From an uncultured virus (IMG/VR IMGVR_UViG_2049941000_000254) (taxonomy: Duplodnaviria > Heunggongvirae > Uroviricota > Caudoviricetes): a stretch of DNA of 20,000 bases. Both the position numbers and the translations under genes were made by a program. Positions 1 to 7,773 of the stretch are shown here, one piece after another. The notes below the pieces were generated by a model. The model was not told where the DNA came from. It searched no databases and saw nothing but the letters and a program-made list of their open reading frames with translations. How positions within the stretch are numbered: the first letter of the stretch is position 1; every line of letters starts with the position of its first letter. Location: the IMG/VR virus record IMGVR_UViG_2049941000_000254, one strand, 5' to 3'.

Positions 1-54
1 CATCAATCAAGAGGAACAACACCTCGCAAACCAACAATTAACAAGGAGAAAACC

Positions 55-540
55 ATGAAACAGATAATGTTCTTTATGTTTGCGCTGATTTTATGCTTAT
101 GCGCATGCGAAGAAGTCGCCCCGTCCTACGTGGACGACGTACAAGGCAGCTCCATGTACGACGTACCAGGTAGCTCCGTGTACGGCGCACAAGGCCGTTC
201 ATGCTCAGCCGAGCAGCCAACCAGTTCGTCATCGTATCAGAGTACCCGTCCGAATCCCGGTCATGTATTCAGGGAAGCTGATGAACCGGACCCATTCGAG
301 GAAACAATCCGGCTGCAGTGCCGGAAAGTTGTAAAGGAGGTCACCGAAAAACTAGGCGGAATTATCACTTATGACAATGGACAATATTACATGATAATGC
401 ACGATAACATCGACATCAAGTCCGACAAATACAAGCAGATGTGTAATGATGTTCGTGAGTATCTTACTAATGTACTTGGCTTTGTAGATAAAGTGGCATC
501 ATTTTGTATGGGCCACTCGAACATGTTTTGCTCGGAATAG
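55..540 (+). CDS. Putative lipoprotein
   Basis: AAGGAG RBS. N-terminal hydrophobic stretch ends in lipobox-like LCAC. Ser-rich low-complexity N-region with three 8-aa repeats. Confidence 0.75.
   Translation: MKQIMFFMFALILCLCACEEVAPSYVDDVQGSSMYDVPGSSVYGAQGRSCSAEQPTSSSSYQSTRPNPGHVFREADEPDPFEETIRLQCRKVVKEVTEKLGGIITYDNGQYYMIMHDNIDIKSDKYKQMCNDVREYLTNVLGFVDKVASFCMGHSNMFCSE
133..204 (+). repeat. Three degenerate 24-bp in-frame tandem repeats
   Basis: gacgacgtacaaggcagctccatg / tacgacgtaccaggtagctccgtg / tacggcgcacaaggccgttcatgc, encoding DDVQGSSM / YDVPGSSV / YGAQGRSC. Confidence 0.75.
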
Positions 541-591
541 CACTGTCGGCTCATATTCGGAATTCTCCATTCAATGCGGGAATCCGTGAAC

Positions 592-609
592 TACCGTGTT
601 CCCCCACCA
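592..609 (+). promoter_or_regulatory. Dispersed 50-bp element, copy 1 (left box only, cut by N gap)
   Basis: tACCGTGTTCC at 592-602 is identical to the start of copy 2 and is intergenic. The rest is hidden by the gap. Confidence 0.55.
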
Positions 610-1349
610 NNNNNNNNNNNNNNNNNNNNNNNNNNNNNNNNNNNNNNNNNNNNNNNNNNNNNNNNNNNNNNNNNNNNNNNNNNNNNNNNNNNNNNNNNNN
701 NNNNNNNNNNNNNNNNNNNNNNNNNNNNNNNNNNNNNNNNNNNNNNNNNNNNNNNNNNNNNNNNNNNNNNNNNNNNNNNNNNNNNNNNNNNNNNNNNNNN
801 NNNNNNNNNNNNNNNNNNNNNNNNNNNNNNNNNNNNNNNNNNNNNNNNNNNNNNNNNNNNNNNNNNNNNNNNNNNNNNNNNNNNNNNNNNNNNNNNNNNN
901 NNNNNNNNNNNNNNNNNNNNNNNNNNNNNNNNNNNNNNNNNNNNNNNNNNNNNNNNNNNNNNNNNNNNNNNNNNNNNNNNNNNNNNNNNNNNNNNNNNNN
1001 NNNNNNNNNNNNNNNNNNNNNNNNNNNNNNNNNNNNNNNNNNNNNNNNNNNNNNNNNNNNNNNNNNNNNNNNNNNNNNNNNNNNNNNNNNNNNNNNNNNN
1101 NNNNNNNNNNNNNNNNNNNNNNNNNNNNNNNNNNNNNNNNNNNNNNNNNNNNNNNNNNNNNNNNNNNNNNNNNNNNNNNNNNNNNNNNNNNNNNNNNNNN
1201 NNNNNNNNNNNNNNNNNNNNNNNNNNNNNNNNNNNNNNNNNNNNNNNNNNNNNNNNNNNNNNNNNNNNNNNNNNNNNNNNNNNNNNNNNNNNNNNNNNNN
1301 NNNNNNNNNNNNNNNNNNNNNNNNNNNNNNNNNNNNNNNNNNNNNNNNT

Positions 1350-1488
1350 CTTCTGCATAGCGCAGATGCCGTGTCACCGTAATCTTATGGATGATGAAGG
1401 CAATCCGAAAACCGAAGCGGTCACCTACGAGTCTCTTGACGAAATCGACCAGGAAACAATGAAGCAATTCGAAAAGATGGTAAAGTAA
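1350..1488 (+). CDS. 3' end of a hypothetical protein (start in N gap)
   Basis: Open frame FCIAQMPCHRN...FEKMVK*. Its TAA overlaps the next ATG (TAATG). Confidence 0.6.
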
Positions 1489-1748
1489 TGATTGAATACT
1501 TCTACTTCAATTTCGCCTACTCGCTGAACGGAAAGAAGAACCCGTATGCAAGGTACCATGACATGTTCTGCCGTGTCACGGTACCTAGTAGCCCGGATGC
1601 AGCAAAGGTTGCCCTTGAAAAGTTCTCCACCAGGTTCAAGCGAAACGAATGGGGCTTCCAGTACACCCAGGCCGAGTTCGATACTTTCCCGTCTAAACCG
1701 TGGTGGAAGGATACCGAAAGGGTCGTAGACTTCGATGACCTCCGTTAA
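1488..1748 (+). CDS. Hypothetical protein (86 aa)
   Basis: Translationally coupled start and codon usage like neighbouring genes. Confidence 0.7.
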   Translation: MIEYFYFNFAYSLNGKKNPYARYHDMFCRVTVPSSPDAAKVALEKFSTRFKRNEWGFQYTQAEFDTFPSKPWWKDTERVVDFDDLR

Positions 1749-1927
1749 AGGATATCACAGAGTATGAGGAGCCCTATTATCACTAAGAACACAATAGCCA
1801 CCAGGAACATTTCGTTTGCACACGGACCGTAGATGGCCGCATAGGGGTTTCCAGCATACTGTGCCACGTAAAGTGTCGTTGCTGTGCTTAATGATTGCAT
1901 AATCTTACCTACCCATAATGATTGCAT
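1745..1927 (-). CDS. Small membrane protein (C-terminal TM helix); true start may be 1900
   Basis: Hydrophobic tail MFLVAIVFLVIIGLLILCDIL. The start region is duplicated by a 27-bp repeat. Confidence 0.5.
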   Translation of the reverse strand: MQSLWVGKIMQSLSTATTLYVAQYAGNPYAAIYGPCANEMFLVAIVFLVIIGLLILCDIL

Positions 1928-1946
1928 AATCTTACCTACCCATAAT
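1889..1946. repeat. Perfect 27-bp tandem duplication
   Basis: taatgattgcataatcttacctaccca x2 (1889-1915, 1916-1942) followed by taat. Confidence 0.95.
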
Positions 1947-2050
1947 CTAGCTTATTCGTTCCACTTTTTCAAAGCTATTTGTCGGGTGATGACACATATC
2001 ACAGCTCGCATTCGGTGTGATTTCTGTCATCCATTCGGCGTGATTTTGCC

Positions 2051-2100
2051 TACCGTGTTCCACCTTCCCCAGGAAAACGGGGACCTGAGGGACCATCGTA
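2051..2100 (+). promoter_or_regulatory. Dispersed 50-bp element, copy 2
   Basis: ACCGTG 2052, GACCTGAGG 2082, CATCGT 2094. ATG at 2140. Confidence 0.85.
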
Positions 2101-2139
2101 TGGGCAACGAAACAAAAACAACTCAACAAGGAGACACTT

Positions 2140-2904
2140 ATGCCACAGGCTGCACACAACTTCTTCGAAAAGGAACTGAAACCTACCCTCGTCGATGTAT
2201 TCGGCGAAATCCTCGACTTCGTGACCTATGGTGACGAATGGTACCAGATTGGTGTCGAAAACGAAGGCGACATCGAGGACTGCGAATGGAAGGACCGCGA
2301 CGGCTTTTGGAGCCATAATAACGGCGGCGTTGAAATGTGTTTCACGCCGAACACCTCCATCCTGTACAACGGTTCCAGGCTCGCACCCTGCATCAAGAAG
2401 TGGGTCGATGACCAGTACGAATCCTGCAAGGAAGATGCCAAGGAAGACGAGGACTATCTCGCCTGGAAGGCCGAACAGGAAGAAAAGGGCGAAGACTCCG
2501 ATGTTGAAACCTGGCTCGCCGATACCGACGATGGTAACGAGTTCGAGAACAACCATGAGAACAACTGGATGGAAGCCTCCCCGTTCTGCAAGGTCGAGGC
2601 CTGGTTGCAGGGCCCGGACAGCTACCAGTTCCACGGCCCGGTCGAACCGAGTACGATCTTGAAACTCCACTTCGAGTTCTGCTTCAACGATGACCTCGGC
2701 TATGGCCGTCCGTACATTTCCTGGTGCCCCGGTGTCGGTGACCACCCGAAGTGTGAAGCCAACATCTTCTTCGAGGCCAAGGATGTCGAGAAGGTCCGTG
2801 AACTTATCAAGACCAAGATTCTCGAAATGGCAAAGTGCCCGGACAACGAGCAGCGCGAGAAGGAAGAGTTCTACACCGATGGACTGGATGACCGTCCGTT
2901 CTAA
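2140..2904 (+). CDS. Acidic hypothetical protein (254 aa)
   Basis: AAGGAG RBS, long ORF, strong codon bias, very D/E-rich. Confidence 0.85.
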   Translation: MPQAAHNFFEKELKPTLVDVFGEILDFVTYGDEWYQIGVENEGDIEDCEWKDRDGFWSHNNGGVEMCFTPNTSILYNGSRLAPCIKKWVDDQYESCKEDAKEDEDYLAWKAEQEEKGEDSDVETWLADTDDGNEFENNHENNWMEASPFCKVEAWLQGPDSYQFHGPVEPSTILKLHFEFCFNDDLGYGRPYISWCPGVGDHPKCEANIFFEAKDVEKVRELIKTKILEMAKCPDNEQREKEEFYTDGLDDRPF

Positions 2905-2940
2905 AAACAATTTTTAATTTTCAAAAACGAGGATAATATC

Positions 2941-3333
2941 ATGCAGAGATTCACACTTTCCAAATTTTACAGACCGGAAAATGTCGTGGAACACGCCGTA
3001 TCCCGAGTAAAGGAATGCGGTGGAACTCTCGACAAAATCCGCTACCCGAAACTCGGCGACGCAACCGGAGCAATCTGGGTCACCTTCACCAAGAACGGCA
3101 TGCCCGATGCGTTCCGCATCAGCAAGGGTCCCATGGGTCCCTACCGCCTGTTCGAACTCCCCGCGCTCACGTTCTTCCAGGACGATGATGTGGCGAAGTT
3201 CATGGTGGACACGCTCCGCGCCCTGCCGGACAAGGGTACACTCAAAACCACTAACAAGGCCGCATTCGAGGCAATCTGCCATTGGCTCCACAAGGCACCA
3301 CGGACGGTCATGAAGGAAATCAAGGAGGTATAA
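2941..3333 (+). CDS. Hypothetical protein (130 aa)
   Basis: GAGGA RBS, abuts the next gene. Confidence 0.8.
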   Translation: MQRFTLSKFYRPENVVEHAVSRVKECGGTLDKIRYPKLGDATGAIWVTFTKNGMPDAFRISKGPMGPYRLFELPALTFFQDDDVAKFMVDTLRALPDKGTLKTTNKAAFEAICHWLHKAPRTVMKEIKEV

Positions 3334-3702
3334 ATGTACAACAAGGCCAAACGCTACAACATCCCGACATACAAGGAATCTAAGGGCATGCGCGGGGAAC
3401 TCATTCGCAAGGTGGTCAACTATCTCCATCGGCTGAATGATGAAACCACCATCCCTACCTTCCGTCACAACGCGCACTTTGCCATCCTGACGGCGCACAT
3501 GATTGGGTCGAGGGAACGGTGCGATGACGGCACGATGATTGCATTGCAGTTCTATTCCCCGGAGGCCGACCGCATGCAGCATGTATGTGCCGAGGAACTG
3601 TATCGACAGGTCGAGGCATGGATGCCTCGCCGCATCGAGGACAAGCGCATCCGAGTACGCCTGGAGGGCACCTATGTGAGCCCGAGGTACTTCAAGGCAT
3701 AA
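3334..3702 (+). CDS. Hypothetical protein (122 aa)
   Basis: AAGGAGGT RBS, starts immediately after the upstream stop. Confidence 0.8.
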   Translation: MYNKAKRYNIPTYKESKGMRGELIRKVVNYLHRLNDETTIPTFRHNAHFAILTAHMIGSRERCDDGTMIALQFYSPEADRMQHVCAEELYRQVEAWMPRRIEDKRIRVRLEGTYVSPRYFKA

Positions 3703-3704
3703 CC

Positions 3705-3754
3705 AACCGTGTTTACCGGATCCCCCGAACAGGGTGACCCGGTGTCACATTGTA
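3705..3754 (+). promoter_or_regulatory. Dispersed 50-bp element, copy 3
   Basis: ACCGTG 3706, GACCCGGTG 3736, CATTGT 3748. ATG at 3784. Confidence 0.85.
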
Positions 3755-3783
3755 TGGGCAACATAACAAACAAGGAGACTATT

Positions 3784-4410
3784 ATGAAGAAGCTCTTGCT
3801 TATTACAATTACGTTGCTTCTTGCAACCGTGGCGTTTGCGGAAAAGCCATCAGGTGTATGGCGGTTTGCCCGTACCAATTCGATGAACTCCACTTCATGG
3901 AGTCATCCCGGTTCCATGATTAACATAGACAGCAAGGTGGTATGTCACTACGCTGGGCAGATCAACTTCCCGTTAAACCAGGAAGGTACTTGTGACAGAA
4001 TACTTATCCTGCACCTTGCGAGGGCGCAAGCCATGGAGGAAAAAGGCAAGATTATCGGGCTGTATTGCGCATACGACTGGTCATACCCGGACATGGGTGG
4101 CAACTTCTTGACCAATGATGTATATAGGGAGAATTGCCCGGATATACTGGCGACGGTAAACGGTGGATTCGACGTGATAGGGGAATATTGGTTCAAGCCG
4201 ATGGAAAACCAGGCCATTTATTATGAGGACGGTATCCCAATCAGGCAGACACTATCTAACACCAGGGAAGTTCTCAACAGGTTCGACAAGCGGTACGAGA
4301 ACCAAATCCGGTACCGAGACACATACGACTGGATACTCATGAGACCTGGATATGGATGGGACCAATGGGAACGGCCCGGAAGCGTATACGGTTCGCGAAT
4401 GGGTAAATAA
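3784..4410 (+). CDS. Secreted/periplasmic hypothetical protein
   Basis: AAGGAG RBS before ATG 3784. Classic signal peptide MKKLLLITITLLLATVAFA|EK. Confidence 0.8.
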   Translation: MKKLLLITITLLLATVAFAEKPSGVWRFARTNSMNSTSWSHPGSMINIDSKVVCHYAGQINFPLNQEGTCDRILILHLARAQAMEEKGKIIGLYCAYDWSYPDMGGNFLTNDVYRENCPDILATVNGGFDVIGEYWFKPMENQAIYYEDGIPIRQTLSNTREVLNRFDKRYENQIRYRDTYDWILMRPGYGWDQWERPGSVYGSRMGK

Positions 4411-4461
4411 AAAACGTTCCCGGAAACAATGAAATAGCTGATGCAATGCATATTGACGGCA

Positions 4462-4496
4462 ATGGTTGCCATGCGACCTGCCGTTTGCTACATTTT
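4462..4496 (+). promoter_or_regulatory. sigma70-like promoter with extended -10
   Basis: TTGCCA (4466-4471)-N17-TACATT (4489-4494) with TGn. Near-identical motif at 12557-12591. Confidence 0.7.
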
Positions 4497-4515
4497 AAGT
4501 AAAAAGAGGTGTATT

Positions 4516-5070
4516 ATGGATAAGGAACAATTAGAGAGACTTTTGAATGTGGTTAAGAACGCTGCTGAACAGTTCGGGGGTATATATTCCCGGATATNNN
4601 NNNNNNNTAAGAACTACTGGAAACTGGGAAAGGACCAATTCGGAGATACTCTGTGGATGCAGAAGCCCCGCATCTGCCCCAATGGATACTGGGAGGTGGC
4701 GATCGTATTTCATTACCCGAAAGGATGCCGCCCCGGGAAGGGGGACTCGCGTTTCTGCTCAATCATTGCGAATGAGCTGTCGTCGGCATCTTCTGCCATA
4801 TTCGAGGGCTTGATGCCGGATGATAAGCGGTTGCAGTTTGCGGAGATTATCCGGGCAATAGTTATCGCGTCCCGGTATTCCTGGATGCTCAAGAGGGGTG
4901 ATACCACCTTGGCACATGTGCCGGGGGAGGAACTTGCCCTAAACAAGCAGAAATCCAATCTGCCAGGTTTTATAAGTTCAGCAGTTCATGAAATAAGGAG
5001 AATCGACCATTTTGTCATCCCTGAACTGGTTAAATTGGCTGACAAGATGTTCAAACGGTCTACCGTGTGA
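4516..5070 (+). CDS. Hypothetical protein (contains 10-N gap)
   Basis: GAGGT RBS before ATG 4516. Open on both sides of the gap. Confidence 0.7.
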   Translation: MDKEQLERLLNVVKNAAEQFGGIYSRIXXXXKNYWKLGKDQFGDTLWMQKPRICPNGYWEVAIVFHYPKGCRPGKGDSRFCSIIANELSSASSAIFEGLMPDDKRLQFAEIIRAIVIASRYSWMLKRGDTTLAHVPGEELALNKQKSNLPGFISSAVHEIRRIDHFVIPELVKLADKMFKRSTV

Positions 5071-5110
5071 CCAAGGTCCCCCGATACGGGGGACCCGGTG
5101 TCATATCGTA
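5061..5110 (+). promoter_or_regulatory. Dispersed 50-bp element, copy 4
   Basis: ACCGTG 5062, GACCCGGTG 5092, TATCGT 5104. Perfect inner stem GGTCCCCC-GATAC-GGGGGACC. Confidence 0.85.
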
Positions 5111-5142
5111 GGGACATACAAAGGTATTGTCCACCCAAAGTG

Positions 5143-5171
5143 TTGCTAAGGATGTTGGAACGATATATAAT
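5143..5171 (+). promoter_or_regulatory. sigma70-like promoter
   Basis: TTGCTA-N17-TATAAT. Confidence 0.55.
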
Positions 5172-5194
5172 GATCGTGACGCTACCTATCCCAC

Positions 5195-5223
5195 AATATA
5201 GACTTTTATAGTATCTATGTCAA
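5195..5223 (-). promoter_or_regulatory. sigma70-like promoter, antisense orientation
   Basis: Minus strand TTGACA (5223-5218)-N17-TATATT (5200-5195). Confidence 0.55.
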
Positions 5224-5247
5224 GTAANNNNNNNNNNGAGAACAACC

Positions 5248-5448
5248 ATGGCACATTTACCACTAGATGAACGCTTCATCCCGCAGCCGCGCACCACCGT
5301 GGACGGCAAGCGGGTATGGTGCGTATATGACCGCGAGCGCAAGGGGTACTCCACCTACACTTGCCACGGCAAGTACAAGAGCAAGCGCGAGTGCCAAATG
5401 GCCATCGTGCTTTGGAATGTCCAAAAGGGGGAGAACTGGTTCCGATGA
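5248..5448 (+). CDS. Hypothetical protein (66 aa)
   Basis: ORF with typical codon bias. Stop overlaps the next start (ATGA). Confidence 0.7.
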   Translation: MAHLPLDERFIPQPRTTVDGKRVWCVYDRERKGYSTYTCHGKYKSKRECQMAIVLWNVQKGENWFR

Positions 5449-5699
5449 AACGCAAGACCTTCAAGTGCCAATTCAACTCCGCACAAGCCATGGACGAACG
5501 CAACGTCATCGGCGCGAAATATCACATGTCCTACGGCATCAACATCAACCGCATGGACATGATGAAAGGCATCCCGGAGAAGAAGCAGGAAGACTATGAC
5601 CAGAAATTCATCGAATGGTTCGTGAACTTCCATGCCGAACTACTCCACATCCAGGACTGGGACAGGTTCCCCGAANNNNNNNNNNGATTCTGCTTTTGA
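5445..5699 (+). CDS. Hypothetical protein (MKRKTFKCQF...; end uncertain because of gap)
   Basis: ATGA coupling, GGGGAG upstream, strong codon bias. Confidence 0.65.
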   Translation: MKRKTFKCQFNSAQAMDERNVIGAKYHMSYGININRMDMMKGIPEKKQEDYDQKFIEWFVNFHAELLHIQDWDRFPEXXXXFCF

Positions 5700-5765
5700 A
5701 GAAACGCGCAGAGGAAATCCACGAAGGACTTAACTTCAACAACTTGTGAACATGAAGGAAAATAA

Positions 5766-5909
5766 ATGAGACGTATCGAAATTAAACGAGACATCGCCGC
5801 GCATACCCCGGTATCCGAGGTGTTGAAAAAGTTACCGAAGACCCTTACCCTATTTGTCGGTCACCCGAAAGTTGGTAAGAGCCTTATACAGCACATCGCA
5901 GGAAAATAA
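5766..5909 (+). pseudogene. Truncated/internally deleted paralog of the 5910 gene (47 aa)
   Basis: 5757-5820 closely matches 5901-5964 (MRRIEIKRDIAAHTPVSE vs MRRIEIERDIATHTPVSE). Later fragments (accgaagac, gccttat, tacagcacatcg) also recur in the downstream gene. Confidence 0.65.
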
Positions 5910-6743
5910 ATGAGACGGATCGAAATTGAACGAGACATCGCTACGCATACCCCGGTATCCGAGGACATTCTGGACATGCTGAACAAGTTGAAAGCATGGA
6001 CACCGAAGACACTGGAACAGGTCATCGAGGTGGGCAACCGCCTTATCCACGCGGCAAACGAGGACATCTTTTACAGCACATCGAAAGAGCGCAAGGCAGA
6101 AAAGGTACCCTACTTCATGGACATGAAGGGGAAGATGATTAAGTACCCCAACGGCATCGCGCACTCCACCGAGTACATCTATGTCACGGGAGTCGAGATT
6201 GACGATAAGGAGTGGGAGACCACGGCCAACATTACCGGGGTTCGCTTATCCAAGTACAACCGCATCGGGAACGATGAAATCCAGTTGTACACCCTCCCTA
6301 TCCGTTTCAGTACCGTAGTTGACATGAAGGAAGATGCGGTCATCGTCCTGGTGTCAAATTACCGTGTCGAATACACCATCGTGTCCAATTTCGCCGAGTA
6401 CAAGGATGCCGTGGCCAGGATGAAAGCATTTATCCCCATGGTGCAGTACATCCCAGACTTTATGACCCGAGACATGGTAAAGCTTTCTTTACACAAGAAG
6501 ACCTTTACAAAGGGCCATGCCAAAAGCGATAATAAAAGAGGTAAACAATGCCAGAATCAGCCTACATCTACAACGACAAACAAGGCAACATCGAAGTCAT
6601 GCGCGGAGCCTTCGGCTATAACATCATCCTCACCCGCAACGATGGGAAATGGGACGGAAAGATGCACACAACGTCAGCATGTGTCGGGGACTTCTCGAAA
6701 GAGCGTCTCCAAGAAATTGCCACGAAACTCCAAGAGTTCGTAA
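5910..6743 (+). CDS. Hypothetical protein; last ~65 codons overlap the next gene and may be a spurious extension
   Basis: Long ORF, protein-like to about 6500, then out-of-frame overlap with 6548-6754. Confidence 0.7.
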   Translation: MRRIEIERDIATHTPVSEDILDMLNKLKAWTPKTLEQVIEVGNRLIHAANEDIFYSTSKERKAEKVPYFMDMKGKMIKYPNGIAHSTEYIYVTGVEIDDKEWETTANITGVRLSKYNRIGNDEIQLYTLPIRFSTVVDMKEDAVIVLVSNYRVEYTIVSNFAEYKDAVARMKAFIPMVQYIPDFMTRDMVKLSLHKKTFTKGHAKSDNKRGKQCQNQPTSTTTNKATSKSCAEPSAITSSSPATMGNGTERCTQRQHVSGTSRKSVSKKLPRNSKSS

Positions 6744-6754
6744 ACTCTATTTGA
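6548..6754 (+). CDS. Hypothetical protein, paralog A (68 aa)
   Basis: AGAGGT RBS. Close paralog immediately downstream. Confidence 0.8.
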   Translation: MPESAYIYNDKQGNIEVMRGAFGYNIILTRNDGKWDGKMHTTSACVGDFSKERLQEIATKLQEFVNSI

Positions 6755-6793
6755 TAGCCATACCAAAGGCGATATTCAACCCAAGAGGTAAAA

Positions 6794-7028
6794 ATGGCAA
6801 GTTCGGCCCCCATCTACAACGACAAGCAAGGTAACATCAGAGTAAGGCGCGGAGCCTTCGACTACAACCTCATCCTCACCCGCATTGNNNNNNNNNNNNN
6901 NNNNNNNNNNNNNNNNNNNNNNNNNNNNNNNNNNNNNNNNNNNNNNNNNNNNNNNNNNNNNNNNNNNCTCGAAAGAACGCCTTCAAGAAATCGTCACGAA
7001 ACTCCAAGAGTTCTTAAACTCGAATTGA
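6794..7028 (+). CDS. Hypothetical protein, paralog B (gap inside)
   Basis: AGAGGT RBS. IYNDKQGNI.V.RGAF.YN.ILTR and, after the gap, SKERLQEIVTKLQEFLNSN* (TGA 7026-7028) match paralog A. Confidence 0.75.
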
Positions 7029-7051
7029 TGACAAAATCGAGATTCAAAGAC

Positions 7052-7101
7052 TACCGTGTACACCAGGTGCCCCGTCCGTAGGCACCCGGTGTCGAATCGT
7101 A
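7052..7101 (+). promoter_or_regulatory. Dispersed 50-bp element, copy 5
   Basis: ACCGTG 7053, CACCCGGTG 7083, AATCGT 7095. Compensatory stem GGTGCC/GGCACC. Confidence 0.85.
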
Positions 7102-7125
7102 TCCGGTGCAACAAGCGAGGCAACT

Positions 7126-7380
7126 ATGACCATAACGCTCAATGACCCTATTCAGAAGAAGAGTATGAACAAGGAAGCCAACTCGAACGTGCTTGTATGC
7201 AAGACGAACATGTTCGGTGTGTTGAATGCTCTTGGTAACCGTGTGGACATTTTCGCCGGTATCAACTTCTTTGACCGGAAGAAGAAGCTTCTTCAGCGTA
7301 TCTTCCTAAAGTCACCTTATATCCGTTGTGCATTGTGGCTCGATAAAAAACGTATTAATTGTCTGGGGGTAAAACTATGA
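7126..7380 (+). CDS. Hypothetical protein (84 aa)
   Basis: GAGG RBS, follows element copy 5. Confidence 0.7.
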   Translation: MTITLNDPIQKKSMNKEANSNVLVCKTNMFGVLNALGNRVDIFAGINFFDRKKKLLQRIFLKSPYIRCALWLDKKRINCLGVKL

Positions 7381-7691
7381 TGATGGAATGGACACAGCGA
7401 AACGGTTCAATCGTATCTATTGACCTTGACGGAATCACTCGATTGGAATATGTTCCCAACGTGGAATATGGAAGACCGATGCTCACGTTGATGACATGCG
7501 ATGTCGTTGATACAATCAGCGGTCGCCCAGCATTGCCCGGAGATCCGACCTATGTGCCGGATAGCGATACAGCGGAAGTCCTAATCAGCCAACCTGAGTC
7601 GGAACCGACGAAATGGAAACTTTTCAGGATACCGGAGGAAATACTGGAACTGCGTAGCTTTATAGTGAAGTATAAGGCAAATGCAACCTAA
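7377..7691 (+). CDS. Hypothetical protein (104 aa)
   Basis: ATGA overlap with the upstream gene, GGGGGT RBS. Confidence 0.7.
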   Translation: MMMEWTQRNGSIVSIDLDGITRLEYVPNVEYGRPMLTLMTCDVVDTISGRPALPGDPTYVPDSDTAEVLISQPESEPTKWKLFRIPEEILELRSFIVKYKANAT

Positions 7692-7692
7692 C

Positions 7693-7742
7693 AACCGTGC
7701 TCACGACTTGCCCATTCAATATGGACCTGGTGGAGCATCGTA
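7693..7742 (+). promoter_or_regulatory. Dispersed 50-bp element, copy 6
   Basis: ACCGTG 7694, GACCTGGTG 7724, CATCGT 7736. ATG at 7774. Confidence 0.85.
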
Positions 7743-7773
7743 CTGGCATCAATAACTGATAGGAGATTAGAGA

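Noticed and set aside
504..1488. Long X-filled ORFs (also 12146-12666 and 13723-14678)
   Set aside because: Artefacts of translating through N gaps.
2050..3582. Long antisense ORFs 2050-2910 and 2914-3582 (also 12501-13253)
   Set aside because: Shadows of codon-biased + strand genes that have proper RBSs.
5850..5885. Walker A-like GHPKVGKS in the 47-aa ORF
   Set aside because: No room for an NTPase fold, and the segment appears to derive from a deleted copy of the neighbouring gene.
7584..7591. ATCAGCCA match to the start of the predicted TnpB guide
   Set aside because: Only 8 nt and not preceded by TCAC, consistent with chance.
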